Below are positions 19,361 through 29,105 of a DNA stretch of 64,000 nucleotides, piece by piece; position 1 is the stretch's first letter, and each line of letters opens with the position of its first letter. Made by a program: the position numbers and the translations under genes. The notes under the pieces were generated by a model. That model did not search any database, was not told the origin of the DNA, and saw only the letters and a list, made by a program, of their open reading frames with translations. The stretch covers positions 1,634,735 through 1,698,734 of the forward strand of contig CP053449.1 in assembly GCA_013285465.1 (NCBI GenBank), read 5' to 3'. The stretch is from Pseudomonadota bacterium (GTDB lineage: Bacteria; Pseudomonadota; Alphaproteobacteria; Micavibrionales; CSBR16-224).

Positions 19361-20443
19361 TCATTTTTCCGTAGCTGCATTCATATTCTGAAACGCAATC
19401 ATCTTCGGATCAGTGAAGTACTGCCAATGGCATTGCTTTGCACATTCTTTAAACAAATCCGCCATACGCGCATCAATCGCCGTTTTATCCGCCCTGACAT
19501 CACGGATATATATTGCCAGAATTCTGTCAGGGTATTTCTTTAAAACAGCCGCATAGACCTCCGGATCTTTTTCCCCCGAATCCCCGACAAGGATAAATTT
19601 TTTCGCAGGTGCCTGTGCGATAATCGCTTCAATCGCGCCCATTTTATAGGCCAGAGGATCGGAAAACAAATTCAGAAAACTGCGATCTTTCATGCGGAAG
19701 TTTTTTAAATAAAACGCCCCTTTGGGAAACCCCGCATCAGACATGAATTTTTCCAGCTCCGGATACAGCTGCCACGGGCTGGAAGACACATAATAAAAAT
19801 TTACATTCCCGGATGTTTCACGCCATTTTTTATAGAGTGCGGACATCTCGGGAACGACCTGAAATTCTCTCTGAAACGTGTTTTTTAAAAGCGCGGATTT
19901 ATCCAGAACATTGCTGATTTTTATCGTGTCATCAATATCCGAAATCACGCCCAGCCCGTCTGAAAAAATTCTGATGACGTCACCGGAAAACCGCCGCGGA
20001 TCCTCAGGTGGCAAAACGGCATGGATTTGCGTCAAACCTTCCGATATCTGATCTTCGCCCAAAGCAACAAATGTTTGAAAATGGCCGTTCTTTTTTGTTT
20101 TCGGCATTTGATAATTCTGCCCTCCGACACGGATATAAATATCCTTGCCGCGCTCATTATCCGTCAGGAACCATCCCGCACGCCGTTTCAGAACCGTTGA
20201 ATCCTCTTCCTCTTCCAGCGCCATCGTTTTCTTGAACAGCTCTAAATTCACCCCTGCAATCTCGGGTTCAAAAACCCATCCGTGAATTTTCAACCGGTAC
20301 TGCCCCGTTACGGGATCACGGGTCAGTTCCGAAGGGAAGAAGATAATCTGCTCATCCGCTGCAAGCCCTCTCGCCATTGCGGATGAAAAAAATAAAGCCG
20401 TACAGAATAGGGCCAGCGTTACCGCAGCGGGAAGATATTTCAT
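19361..20443 (-). CDS. App1-like (DUF2183) phosphatase family protein, secreted
   Basis: Signal peptide MKYLPAAVTLALFCTALFFSSAMA, DIDDTIK HAD-like motif and LVGDSGEKD. The ATG at 20443 lies 1 nt after the rhodanese stop. The longest ORF reaches 20482. Confidence 0.72.
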   Translation of the reverse strand: MKYLPAAVTLALFCTALFFSSAMARGLAADEQIIFFPSELTRDPVTGQYRLKIHGWVFEPEIAGVNLELFKKTMALEEEEDSTVLKRRAGWFLTDNERGKDIYIRVGGQNYQMPKTKKNGHFQTFVALGEDQISEGLTQIHAVLPPEDPRRFSGDVIRIFSDGLGVISDIDDTIKISNVLDKSALLKNTFQREFQVVPEMSALYKKWRETSGNVNFYYVSSSPWQLYPELEKFMSDAGFPKGAFYLKNFRMKDRSFLNLFSDPLAYKMGAIEAIIAQAPAKKFILVGDSGEKDPEVYAAVLKKYPDRILAIYIRDVRADKTAIDARMADLFKECAKQCHWQYFTDPKMIAFQNMNAATEK

Positions 20444-20444
20444 G

Positions 20445-20981
20445 TTACTCCGCATTTTGCGCATCAACGGATGTTCCTTCAAATATCAGCCGCTTTTCCT
20501 GTTCCTCATCCGAGATCATTTTTCCATTGGAATCGCTCCACAGATTCAGGCGGTAGATTCTTGTATAGCCGTTCGCTTTCAAAACCGGATAGGCCTGCAT
20601 GGTCATGGCAATCATACGTGTCGGGAAAAAGCTGTAATCACAGGCCAACACAACCGGCGTGTCTCTATCCGGCACAGCCTCCGGCAAGACTTTCTCCGTC
20701 AGATCGGTCAGCGGTATATTCAAAGAACCCGCCAGATGGCGATGGGCATAAGATTCTTTGGAGCGGAGATCCAGCACAACGACCTTCGTCTCCCGTTCCT
20801 TCAGCTCCAGAAACTCTTGCAAATGCAGTTCTTCCGCATGCGCGGGCAGCGCTTCTTTGAACTCATCCGGCGTTAAAGCCTGAATGGGTTTCTGTTGCGC
20901 AGAAGAAACAGCCGGATACAAACACAAGCTCAACGTCAGCAGCACGGCGCATACATAGTTTACTTTCGCCATCATCATCAC
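20445..20981 (-). CDS. Rhodanese-like domain protein with a signal peptide
   Basis: Signal peptide (AKVNYVCAVLLTLSLCLYPAVSSA). Rhodanese pattern VVLDLRSKESYAHRHLAGSLNIPL ... VVLACD. Confidence 0.78.
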   Translation of the reverse strand: MMMMAKVNYVCAVLLTLSLCLYPAVSSAQQKPIQALTPDEFKEALPAHAEELHLQEFLELKERETKVVVLDLRSKESYAHRHLAGSLNIPLTDLTEKVLPEAVPDRDTPVVLACDYSFFPTRMIAMTMQAYPVLKANGYTRIYRLNLWSDSNGKMISDEEQEKRLIFEGTSVDAQNAE

Positions 20982-21108
20982 CTTTAATTATATTTCGCTT
21001 TTGAAAATATATGATATTGCTCTACGGAACCGGTAAACAAGATTGCTAGGCAAGCAAGGTTCCTTTATATACAATATAAGATAGTACGATAACAGAAAGA
21101 TAAATCCT

Positions 21109-21453
21109 ATGAGCGAATTACCCCCCTGCCCGAAATGCGAGTCCGTCTATGTTTACGAAGACCGCGGTATCTATCATTGCCCCGAATGCGGACATGAATG
21201 GTCAAGCACCGAAAGCGGCGGAGACAGCGATGGCAAAACCGTCCGTGATGCCAACGGTACGGAATTAAAAGACGGCGATACCGTAACAGTTATCAAGGAT
21301 CTGAAAGTCAAAGGCTCATCCTCTGTCGTCAAAGTCGGCACAAAAGTCAAAAATATCCGCCTGGTCGAGGGCGATCACGATATTGATTGCAAAATCCCCG
21401 GCATTGGCGCAATGGGACTGAAATCCGAATTCGTCAAAAAAGTCTCCGATTAA
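21109..21453 (+). CDS. yjdM: Zinc-ribbon protein YjdM/PhnA
   Basis: [16 protein letters not shown] zinc ribbon plus the conserved C-domain [32 protein letters not shown]. Confidence 0.92.
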   Translation: MSELPPCPKCESVYVYEDRGIYHCPECGHEWSSTESGGDSDGKTVRDANGTELKDGDTVTVIKDLKVKGSSSVVKVGTKVKNIRLVEGDHDIDCKIPGIGAMGLKSEFVKKVSD

Positions 21454-21606
21454 ATGCAGCTGACATGCAACGGGCAGCCGCCTACATATGGTATCCGGCT
21501 ATGCTTACGGATTGCCTTTTTCGGCCTTAGAACATAGACTATATGCTGGGTAAAAATGATAACCAGCAACATATCTTAAAGGTCGGATTATGAAAGGCAC
21601 TGTTTC

Positions 21607-22771
21607 GTGACCACATCCCCGATATCAAAACCATTGCCGAAAATCGAAGCAATTGCAGGATTTAAGACTCTGGCCTGCATACTGATTTTACTGCACCATA
21701 TTTCCTATTCCTACGCACATGCCGATTATTCCCGCACATTTCTGACCGTTTACAATATTGATTTCTACCCGTTACTGGTCAATGGCTGGATTGGCATCTA
21801 TATGTATTTCGGGCTGTGCGGCTATTTTGTCATGCGGTCATGGTGGAATATGCCGCGCCGCGACTATAAAGAATACGCGATTTCCCGTGCCCGGCGCTTT
21901 TTACCGCTTTATTATTTCGTGCTGCTCATCGTTTTGCTGAAAATCTTTCCTGATTACAAAATGATGAATCCGCCGCATCTATCCTCCATCCTTTATCACG
22001 TTTTTCTTGTATCCGACTTTTTTCTTCCCGATGTCATGGTGTTATTTGCAACCGCATCCGGCGAGTTTAAAGTCGCTCTTTTACTGCCTTTCATTCTTTT
22101 GTTTTGCCTGCGCCATAAAAACCCGGACCGTTCCCTGTTTATTATGATGGCAGTACTGGTACTCGCCGGGCTTGGGCTACGCCTTTTCGGATACAGCCAA
22201 TATGATGTAATATATGTCTATGCCTTTAATTATTTTATGTTTTTTTACGCATTGCATGATGGCATTCGTGCATGCGCTTGATCCCGTTGTTTGCGGCGTG
22301 CTGGTCGCCTATCTGGAATTCCTTTCGCAAAAACGCGGCAAGCCTGTCATCTCTCCCCGGCAAGCAAAATTTCTTTTCTGGTCTACGATTGTCGCCCTTC
22401 TGGTCTGGCTGTTCTGCGGCGAAAAACTGCTGCATGTCACCCTTTACGATGCGACCCTGCAGCCCATTCTTGTCGGCATTTTTACAGGATGCCTTCTTGC
22501 CGGCGTGGTCTTTGGCGGAGCCCCCCGTTTTTTTGAAGGCGGTTTTTCAAAAAACGTCGCCCGCCTGTCCTATGCCGCCTATCTTGTACATATCCCTTTA
22601 ATTGCAACATCATACCGCATTTTAATGTTTGTCCCTCACGCAGGAAAATCCCATCTAGTCAATTTCCTTTACGTCCTCCCCGCGTATTTTATTATCGTCT
22701 GGATTGCCTCCGAGCTTTTACAACGCTTTGTCGAAGAGCCGTTTGTGCGTAACCTAAAACGCTATAGATAA
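21607..22771 (+). pseudogene. Acyltransferase family 3 (OafA-like) gene split by a +1 frameshift
   Basis: Two polytopic-membrane ORFs (21607..22281 and 22214..22771) overlap in adjacent frames and together give about 385 aa, the usual size for the family. The overlap contains a T7 tract at 22240-22246. Confidence 0.7.
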
Positions 22772-22858
22772 CCCGCTCTTCGGCTTGCCGCCAAGCTTGA
22801 AAGCCTGCCGCTTTTCTGCTATCTGTTTCTTTTACAACAGGACAAGGGATTAGATAGC

Positions 22859-23980
22859 GTGAGAAAAACAGTTATCAGCGGCACAGGCCTTTACACGCCG
22901 CCGCACGCCATTTCCAATGAAGAACTGGTCATTGCCTTCAATCAATTTGTTGATGATTTCAATGCCAAAAACGCCGATGCGATTGCTGCGGGTGACATTG
23001 AACCCCTGCAACATTCCAGCGCGGAATTCATCGAGAAAGCCTCCGGTATCAAAAGCCGTTACGTGATGGAGAAAGATGGCATCCTCGACCCGCAACGCAT
23101 GTGCCCGGTCATTCCCGAACGCAGTAATGATGAAATTTCCGTCCTTGCGGAAATCGGTCTGCAGGCTGCGCGTGAAGCGATCAAAAATGCCGGACTGACG
23201 CCCGAAGATATTGACGGCGTTGTCGTTGCCGCCTCCAATATGCAACGCCCCTATCCCGCTATGGCCATCGAGATTCAAAATGCGTTGGGTATCACCGGCT
23301 TTGGTTTCGATATGAATGTCGCCTGTTCCTCTGCAACTTTCGGCATGCAGGTTGCCAATGATATGGTGTCTGCCGGTTCCGCGGACCGTATTCTGATGGT
23401 CAATCCGGAAATCTGCTCGGGTCATCTGAATTTCCGTGACCGCGATTCTCATTTCATTTTTGGCGATGTCGCCACTGCGATGGTCATCGAGGCTGAGGAA
23501 AAAGCAAGCGCGCCCGTACAATGGAATATTCTGAGTACGCGTTTAAAAACATCCTATTCCAACAATATCCGCAATAATTTCGGATTTCTGAACCGCTGCG
23601 ACGAAACCGGCATCGGTCAAAAAGATAAACTCTTCGTACAGGAAGGGCGCAAAGTCTTTAAAGAAGTCGTGCCGATGGTGGCGGAAATGATTACTACCCA
23701 TCTTGGCGATTTGGGGCTTTCCCCCGACGGCGTACGCCGTATCTGGCTCCATCAGGCCAATCTGGGCATGAACCAGCTGATTGCCAAAAGAGTCTTTAAC
23801 CGCGAAATTGACCCCGATGCGACGCCGACGATTCTGGACAGCTATGCCAATACCAGTTCTGCCGGATCGGTCATTGCCTTCCACAAACATTCAAAAGATT
23901 TGGCATCGGGAGATATCGGGCTGCTGTGCTCATTCGGTGCAGGGTATTCGGCAGGATCGATCATCGTGCAGCGGCGTTAG
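22859..23980 (+). CDS. Beta-ketoacyl-ACP synthase III (FabH-like, long form)
   Basis: Active-site context NVACSSATFG, then WLHQAN (His) and SFGAGYS. GTG start. 373 aa. Confidence 0.88.
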   Translation: MRKTVISGTGLYTPPHAISNEELVIAFNQFVDDFNAKNADAIAAGDIEPLQHSSAEFIEKASGIKSRYVMEKDGILDPQRMCPVIPERSNDEISVLAEIGLQAAREAIKNAGLTPEDIDGVVVAASNMQRPYPAMAIEIQNALGITGFGFDMNVACSSATFGMQVANDMVSAGSADRILMVNPEICSGHLNFRDRDSHFIFGDVATAMVIEAEEKASAPVQWNILSTRLKTSYSNNIRNNFGFLNRCDETGIGQKDKLFVQEGRKVFKEVVPMVAEMITTHLGDLGLSPDGVRRIWLHQANLGMNQLIAKRVFNREIDPDATPTILDSYANTSSAGSVIAFHKHSKDLASGDIGLLCSFGAGYSAGSIIVQRR

Positions 23981-23993
23981 AAAAGCGGAGCCG

Positions 23994-24188
23994 TCAGCCC
24001 GGTCCCATAACTGCTTCATACAGCCCGTCATAGAAGGCCGCAATCGTGTCGCCAAAGGCATAGACAACACCAAAAATTGCCACAGCAATCGCGGCAATCA
24101 TCATAGAGTATTCAATCGCTGTTGCCCCGCTTGTATCCGAGCGGAATTTACTGAAATAAAAAGCCACCCGTTTTTTGTTCCAAAACAT
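23994..24188 (-). CDS. flp: Flp family type IVb pilin
   Basis: Flp prepilin motif SGATAIEYSMMIAAIAVAI. 64 aa. Confidence 0.8.
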   Translation of the reverse strand: MFWNKKRVAFYFSKFRSDTSGATAIEYSMMIAAIAVAIFGVVYAFGDTIAAFYDGLYEAVMGPG

Positions 24189-24366
24189 ATAAATAACAAC
24201 CCGCTGTGGTTAAAACTGCACCTTCTTTTATTTTATCCCATTCCTGTGGATTTTTCCAACAGGAAACACGCTTTACACAGGAATGACCGCCGTCTTCATA
24301 CATATAACTCCTTGCAATATGGGTGAAAATGAAGAGAATGATGGTTCTTAACAGAGGAGTTTTTCA

Positions 24367-24693
24367 ATGCAGCACCGTCACCGCTTTTTGGTCTTGTTAC
24401 TGGTTTTGACTGTTTTCCTGTCCATGCCCGCCATGGCGGAAAGCCCCGTATCCTGCAAAGGTGAAGCTGCCGCATGGCGCAACTGTAAGGATGAGAAAGA
24501 TTGCGTCACGATCTCCAATCCCTGCGGTTGGCCCTCGGATGCCGCCAATAAAGTTTTTGCGGAACAAGCACAGCAATGCAACATCATACGCGGTGCCGCT
24601 ATGGGCTGCCCTGCATATGACGCAGAGCGCGATGGCGGTTATACCGCCCGATGTATTGTCGGAAAATGCGTTGCCGTCAAAGATATTCCGTAG
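24367..24693 (+). CDS. Secreted Cys-rich hypothetical protein
   Basis: Signal peptide LVLLLVLTVFLSMPAMA and 8 Cys in the mature part. GGAG lies upstream of the ATG. Confidence 0.55.
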   Translation: MQHRHRFLVLLLVLTVFLSMPAMAESPVSCKGEAAAWRNCKDEKDCVTISNPCGWPSDAANKVFAEQAQQCNIIRGAAMGCPAYDAERDGGYTARCIVGKCVAVKDIP

Positions 24694-24706
24694 ATTACGG
24701 AGAATA

Positions 24707-25231
24707 TTATAATCCGCGCTTTCTGTCTTTGCTTTTACGCGGCGCCGCTTTCGGCTGTTTTTCAGGCTGGACGGCTTTGGGCGCGGATTTTTTAAAATCC
24801 GGTTGTGCGGATTTTTCAGTCAAATCCGTTTCCTCTGCCTGTACGGCAGCATGACGCGTTGCGGTATCAACGGTCTTACCGGCTTTTTTGCCGTGTCCGA
24901 ATAATTTCTCTTTCGCGGCCTTCAAACCGCGTCCTGCCAGCGCGAAAGGTGCATAAAGGATAAGTGCCGTGCCTGCGATGATGTATTCTTTATTATCATA
25001 GACTGCATTCGCCGCAAAAAATGCCGCCGCTCCGACCGCAACACCTGCGACGGCACCGATTGCTGCTCCGGCCACGCCTACGGCAATTGTTGCCCCCAGC
25101 GACGAGCCTAAAATACCCGCCGTCGCACCAAGAAACCCGCCCCCGGCAATGCCTAGCAACGGTACGGCTGCCGCCGCATACATAGACAGTGTTTGAAACC
25201 GGTCTCTGTTATCGCGCCATTTTTTTGCCAT
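24707..25231 (-). CDS. Hypothetical Gly/Ala-zipper membrane protein with a basic C-terminal tail
   Basis: Gly/Ala-rich hydrophobic stretch (GIAGGGFLGATAGILGSSLGATIAVGVAGAAIGAVAGVAVGAAAFFA) followed by a Lys-rich tail. Confidence 0.5.
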   Translation of the reverse strand: MAKKWRDNRDRFQTLSMYAAAAVPLLGIAGGGFLGATAGILGSSLGATIAVGVAGAAIGAVAGVAVGAAAFFAANAVYDNKEYIIAGTALILYAPFALAGRGLKAAKEKLFGHGKKAGKTVDTATRHAAVQAEETDLTEKSAQPDFKKSAPKAVQPEKQPKAAPRKSKDRKRGL

Positions 25232-25413
25232 TATATCCTCGTATCAATCGTATAAATAATTTCCGCGCATAACATTACATAATATTGACAGCAAATCAAG
25301 AATTATCTTTCCGGCAACAACCTGCCGCAAGAAGACATATATGCGACTTGTTCTCTTTCCGAATCAATGATTTTGGCGTAGTGTTTGAGAGCAAAATATT
25401 ATACAGGGCAAAA

Positions 25414-25887
25414 ATGCACCCGACCAAGCGCCACGTTTCCTACCGCATCGCCCCCGCTCTTCCGGCTGATGTCGGTCGCCTTCAGGAGCTTGAAACGGAT
25501 TCCTTTTCCAGTGACCGCCTCTCCCGCCGCCAGATGCTGTATCATCTGCATAATCCGCGCGCCGTTTTTCTAACGGTCAGGGAAGATAACGGCAATCATT
25601 CTGTTTTAGGCTATGCCCTCATCCTGCGTGCAAAGAATCGTTCTGCACGGCTGTATTCTATTGCGGTGGCCAAGGAATTTCGCGGACACGGACTCGGAAA
25701 AATACTGTGCCGTGCCGGGCTGGATGTCTTGCGTGATGCGGGAGAGAAAAAACTGCTGCTGGAAGTTGATGCCAATGACCGCGCAACGATCGGCTTTTAT
25801 GAAAGACTCGGATTTGAAACAACCGGCCTCCTGCCCGCCTATTACGAAGACGGACGTGATGCCCTTAAAATGCAGGTATTACTATGA
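25414..25887 (+). CDS. GNAT family N-acetyltransferase
   Basis: Acetyl-CoA binding motif IAVAKEFRGHGLGKIL. Start taken at the ATG at 25414. The stop overlaps the next gene as ATGA. Confidence 0.85.
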   Translation: MHPTKRHVSYRIAPALPADVGRLQELETDSFSSDRLSRRQMLYHLHNPRAVFLTVREDNGNHSVLGYALILRAKNRSARLYSIAVAKEFRGHGLGKILCRAGLDVLRDAGEKKLLLEVDANDRATIGFYERLGFETTGLLPAYYEDGRDALKMQVLL

Positions 25888-27371
25888 AAGAAAATAACCC
25901 CGTCAAACATATTATCGTGTCCGACAAGCCGCTGGATTTTCTGCCTACGGACCCTTCCGTTCTAACTATGAGCGCCACGGATTTTATTGCCAATAAAGTC
26001 GAGATTGACCTGCGTAAGCATCCGCTACTGAAAGTCATTAATTTGTGCAGCAATTTCGATTATCTGTCGAAAGGTTATTATTGTTCTTTATTGGCGGAGG
26101 CACGCGGTATGCGTTGCGTCCCCCCTGTCGCCAACATTGTCACGCTGAACTGGAAACGCAATTATCAGTCGGAACTGCCTGAATTAAATGCGCTTTTGGA
26201 AAAGCATTTCAAGGAGGAGCCTGACGAACCCCTCGCCCGCACCTATACCGCTTATTTCGGACGCTGCAAAATTGATCAACTGGAACCGCTGGCGCGGCGG
26301 TTGTTCGATATGTTCCGCTTTCCGCTGATGCAGGTGGAAATCAAGGCCGACCAGAAGGGAAAATGGGTTATCAATGATATCGCGCCGCTGTCACTGGCGG
26401 AGCTACCGGTGATGAAGCAGGATTATTTCATTTCGTCCCTACAAAAATTTACCGGATCAGCCTGGCGCAGCCCGCAAAAGAAAAAAGAGAAATACTGGAT
26501 TGCCATCCTGCATGATCCGGAAGAACATCATGCGCCATCAAACAAAGCCGCACTGCAAAAATTCATTAAGGCGGGGAAAGAGCTGAATGTTTCGGTGGAA
26601 CTTATTACCAAGAATGATTTTTCTTCCCTGCTGGAATATGACGGATTGCTAATCCGCGAGACAACGGCGATCAACCACCATACTTACCGCTTTGCCCTGA
26701 AAGCGGAGAGTGAGGACATACCCTCCATCGATGACACGCACTCCATCATCCGCTGCTGCAACAAAGTTTTTCAATATGAAATTCTGCACGCGCACCGGAT
26801 ACCGCTGCCGAAAACATGGATTTTGGACAGGAAATCAGCAAAAACCAGCGCCGGCTCGTTCTCTTTTCCGCTGGTCGTGAAAATTCCGGACGGTGCCTTT
26901 TCAGTGGGTGTTATCAAGGTCGAAAAAGAAGAAAAATTTCAGGCCGCCGTCAGCGATCTTTTGAAAAAATCGGAAATTATTCTGGTGCAGGAATTTGTAC
27001 AGTCGGAATTTGACTGGCGTGTCGGTGTGCTGGACGGGCAACCGCTTTTTGCCTGCAAATATTTCATGGCCGACGGGCATTGGCAAATTTACAACCATGA
27101 TTCCAAAACCAAAAAAGGTCAGGAAGGCGATCATGTCACCATGGCCGTCGAAGATGTGCCTGCGGCCGTCATGGATGTGGCCATCAAAGCCGCCAAACTG
27201 ATCGGTGACGGGCTGTATGGCGTGGATTTAAAACAATTCGGTGATGACATCGTGGTCATGGAGGTGAATGACAACCCCAATCTGGATGCCGGCATTGAAG
27301 ATCAGCATCTGGGCGACAGGCTTTACCGCATTGTACTGGAGAGCCTTATCGCACGTATCGAGAACCGTTAA
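25884..27371 (+). CDS. RimK-type ATP-grasp ligase with an N-terminal extension of about 200 aa
   Basis: ATP-grasp pattern (FPLVVKIPDGAFSVGV, ILVQEFVQSEFDWRVGVLDG, YGVDLKQ..DIVVMEVNDNPN). Confidence 0.85.
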   Translation: MKENNPVKHIIVSDKPLDFLPTDPSVLTMSATDFIANKVEIDLRKHPLLKVINLCSNFDYLSKGYYCSLLAEARGMRCVPPVANIVTLNWKRNYQSELPELNALLEKHFKEEPDEPLARTYTAYFGRCKIDQLEPLARRLFDMFRFPLMQVEIKADQKGKWVINDIAPLSLAELPVMKQDYFISSLQKFTGSAWRSPQKKKEKYWIAILHDPEEHHAPSNKAALQKFIKAGKELNVSVELITKNDFSSLLEYDGLLIRETTAINHHTYRFALKAESEDIPSIDDTHSIIRCCNKVFQYEILHAHRIPLPKTWILDRKSAKTSAGSFSFPLVVKIPDGAFSVGVIKVEKEEKFQAAVSDLLKKSEIILVQEFVQSEFDWRVGVLDGQPLFACKYFMADGHWQIYNHDSKTKKGQEGDHVTMAVEDVPAAVMDVAIKAAKLIGDGLYGVDLKQFGDDIVVMEVNDNPNLDAGIEDQHLGDRLYRIVLESLIARIENR

Positions 27372-27379
27372 GCGCAGCA

Positions 27380-28084
27380 TTATTGGCAGAGATTATCCTG
27401 ACAGACCGGCAAAGATTGCGGGCAATCCATTTCACAAAACGCGTATTCCGTATGCGATGCCGCACAAAAATCTTTATGTGTCTGCGCATACTCTTCCGCA
27501 AAGGCTTTTGCAACAGGCGTTCCGCAATCGCAGCCGCCGCAATGTGTTCCCATCGCGGTACAGTCATCCGCCGTTTCACAGAGCCGTGCCGATGCGGGAA
27601 TTTTGGTGTGATGCCCGATACCGACAAATTTTTCCAGCGTTGCAATATCTCCCTGTGACTTGGCGTATTCAAGCGGCAGAGTATTTCCACAGAGCGGCAC
27701 CCAGAACAAATCGCCAAGCTTTCTTGTACCGATGACCAAAAAGCTTTCCTGCGGAGGAAACGCATCACCCCAATAAGTATTATAGAGAATCGCGACTGTC
27801 TGCCCCTGCGTGACACCCTTCCACGGTTTGCTGACGGTAAAGTCGAACACCCGTAAGTTTGATGCATCTCCGCCTTTCATTGATAAACCATGCAGCTTAA
27901 AGACGGCTTTTTCCTTACGCGTCAATTCGCGGGAACTTGCCGCCGCGCCTTCAAAAATCACCGGAACGGAGGCGATATTTTTTTCATTTAGGCGGGATGA
28001 TGCACAGCTGAGCGCATGCGCATGAGTCGCCCCTGCAAAAACAATTATCAGCGCCACAATCATGCCAAGAATTTTTTGATACAT
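27380..28084 (-). CDS. Secreted hypothetical protein with a C-terminal Cys-rich module
   Basis: Signal peptide MYQKILGMIVALIIVFAGATHAHA. The C-terminal module has 10 Cys (CETADDCTAMGTHCGGCDCG...). Confidence 0.6.
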   Translation of the reverse strand: MYQKILGMIVALIIVFAGATHAHALSCASSRLNEKNIASVPVIFEGAAASSRELTRKEKAVFKLHGLSMKGGDASNLRVFDFTVSKPWKGVTQGQTVAILYNTYWGDAFPPQESFLVIGTRKLGDLFWVPLCGNTLPLEYAKSQGDIATLEKFVGIGHHTKIPASARLCETADDCTAMGTHCGGCDCGTPVAKAFAEEYAQTHKDFCAASHTEYAFCEMDCPQSLPVCQDNLCQ

Positions 28085-28134
28085 AAGAAAGCCTTTCAGA
28101 AATAACGGTTCTTTTATTTTAGACGCAAAGCATT

Positions 28135-28980
28135 TTAAAACAAAGCGCGAATAGCCGCGGCAATTGCCTGAACGGTTTTGACTTTTTTATTTTCCACGCG
28201 GAAAATAAGGCAATGTTCATCATAAAAAACCGGTGCCTTAGGCACGCGCACAAGCTTCTTTCGTGCCATAGCCGCAACACGCGCAGGCAAAATTCCTATG
28301 CCGCAGCCATTCGCTGTTAAATCGGCGATCACTTCCAGACTGCCGGAAAAAACCATACGTTCAAAAGAGATTCCGCGTTTTTTTAAATCTTTCAGCAAGG
28401 ATTGTGATTGCAGCAGATCAGGATCACAAATCAGCAGTTTCGGATTTTTTACCGCCTTTTTTTCCGGCAGCCATAAGGTGACTTCGTCTTTGCACAGCTG
28501 ATGAATAATTAAATCCGGATGTTGAGCAGGATTTACGACAACACCGATATCCGTCTTCATACTGACAACATCTTCTGCGACCTTGCGTGACAAATCATGG
28601 TGGAGCGTAATATTCAGATGCGGGTGTTTCGCCATCATCTCCGGCAAAAACCCCGATAGCAATGCCAGCGCAACGGAGGGGTGACTGCCGATGGAATAAC
28701 TGCCGCGCATTTCATTTATTGAAGCCTGTGCTTCTGCGCGGATATCCTCCCATGATTGCAACAGCATTTTCGCATGACTTAATAATTGTTTTCCCGCCTG
28801 CGTCAAAGTTACGCCGCGCTTACTGCGTATTAATAATGTCGCTCCTGTTGCATGTTCCAGCCTCTGCATCGCCAGTGACAGTGACGGCTGGCTGATACCC
28901 AGCCTTTCTGCGGCGCGGGAGACATTCCGGGTATTGGCAACCTCGACAAAATAGGTCAAATCGGCCGGAGAAGGAATCAT
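28135..28980 (-). CDS. LysR family transcriptional regulator
   Basis: N-terminal HTH DLTYFVEVANTRNVSRAAERLGISQPSLSLAMQRLE. About 280 aa with a substrate-binding domain. Confidence 0.9.
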   Translation of the reverse strand: MIPSPADLTYFVEVANTRNVSRAAERLGISQPSLSLAMQRLEHATGATLLIRSKRGVTLTQAGKQLLSHAKMLLQSWEDIRAEAQASINEMRGSYSIGSHPSVALALLSGFLPEMMAKHPHLNITLHHDLSRKVAEDVVSMKTDIGVVVNPAQHPDLIIHQLCKDEVTLWLPEKKAVKNPKLLICDPDLLQSQSLLKDLKKRGISFERMVFSGSLEVIADLTANGCGIGILPARVAAMARKKLVRVPKAPVFYDEHCLIFRVENKKVKTVQAIAAAIRALF

Positions 28981-29105
28981 AGTTTTTACCTATTACAATT
29001 ATATTAAATTGATATTATATCTATAAAATAAACCGCGCTAGTCTTTTCTTAAGGCGGATGTGCAGTTTCATCCCGCCAACCCACAAAGGAAAAAGGAGAA
29101 AAACA

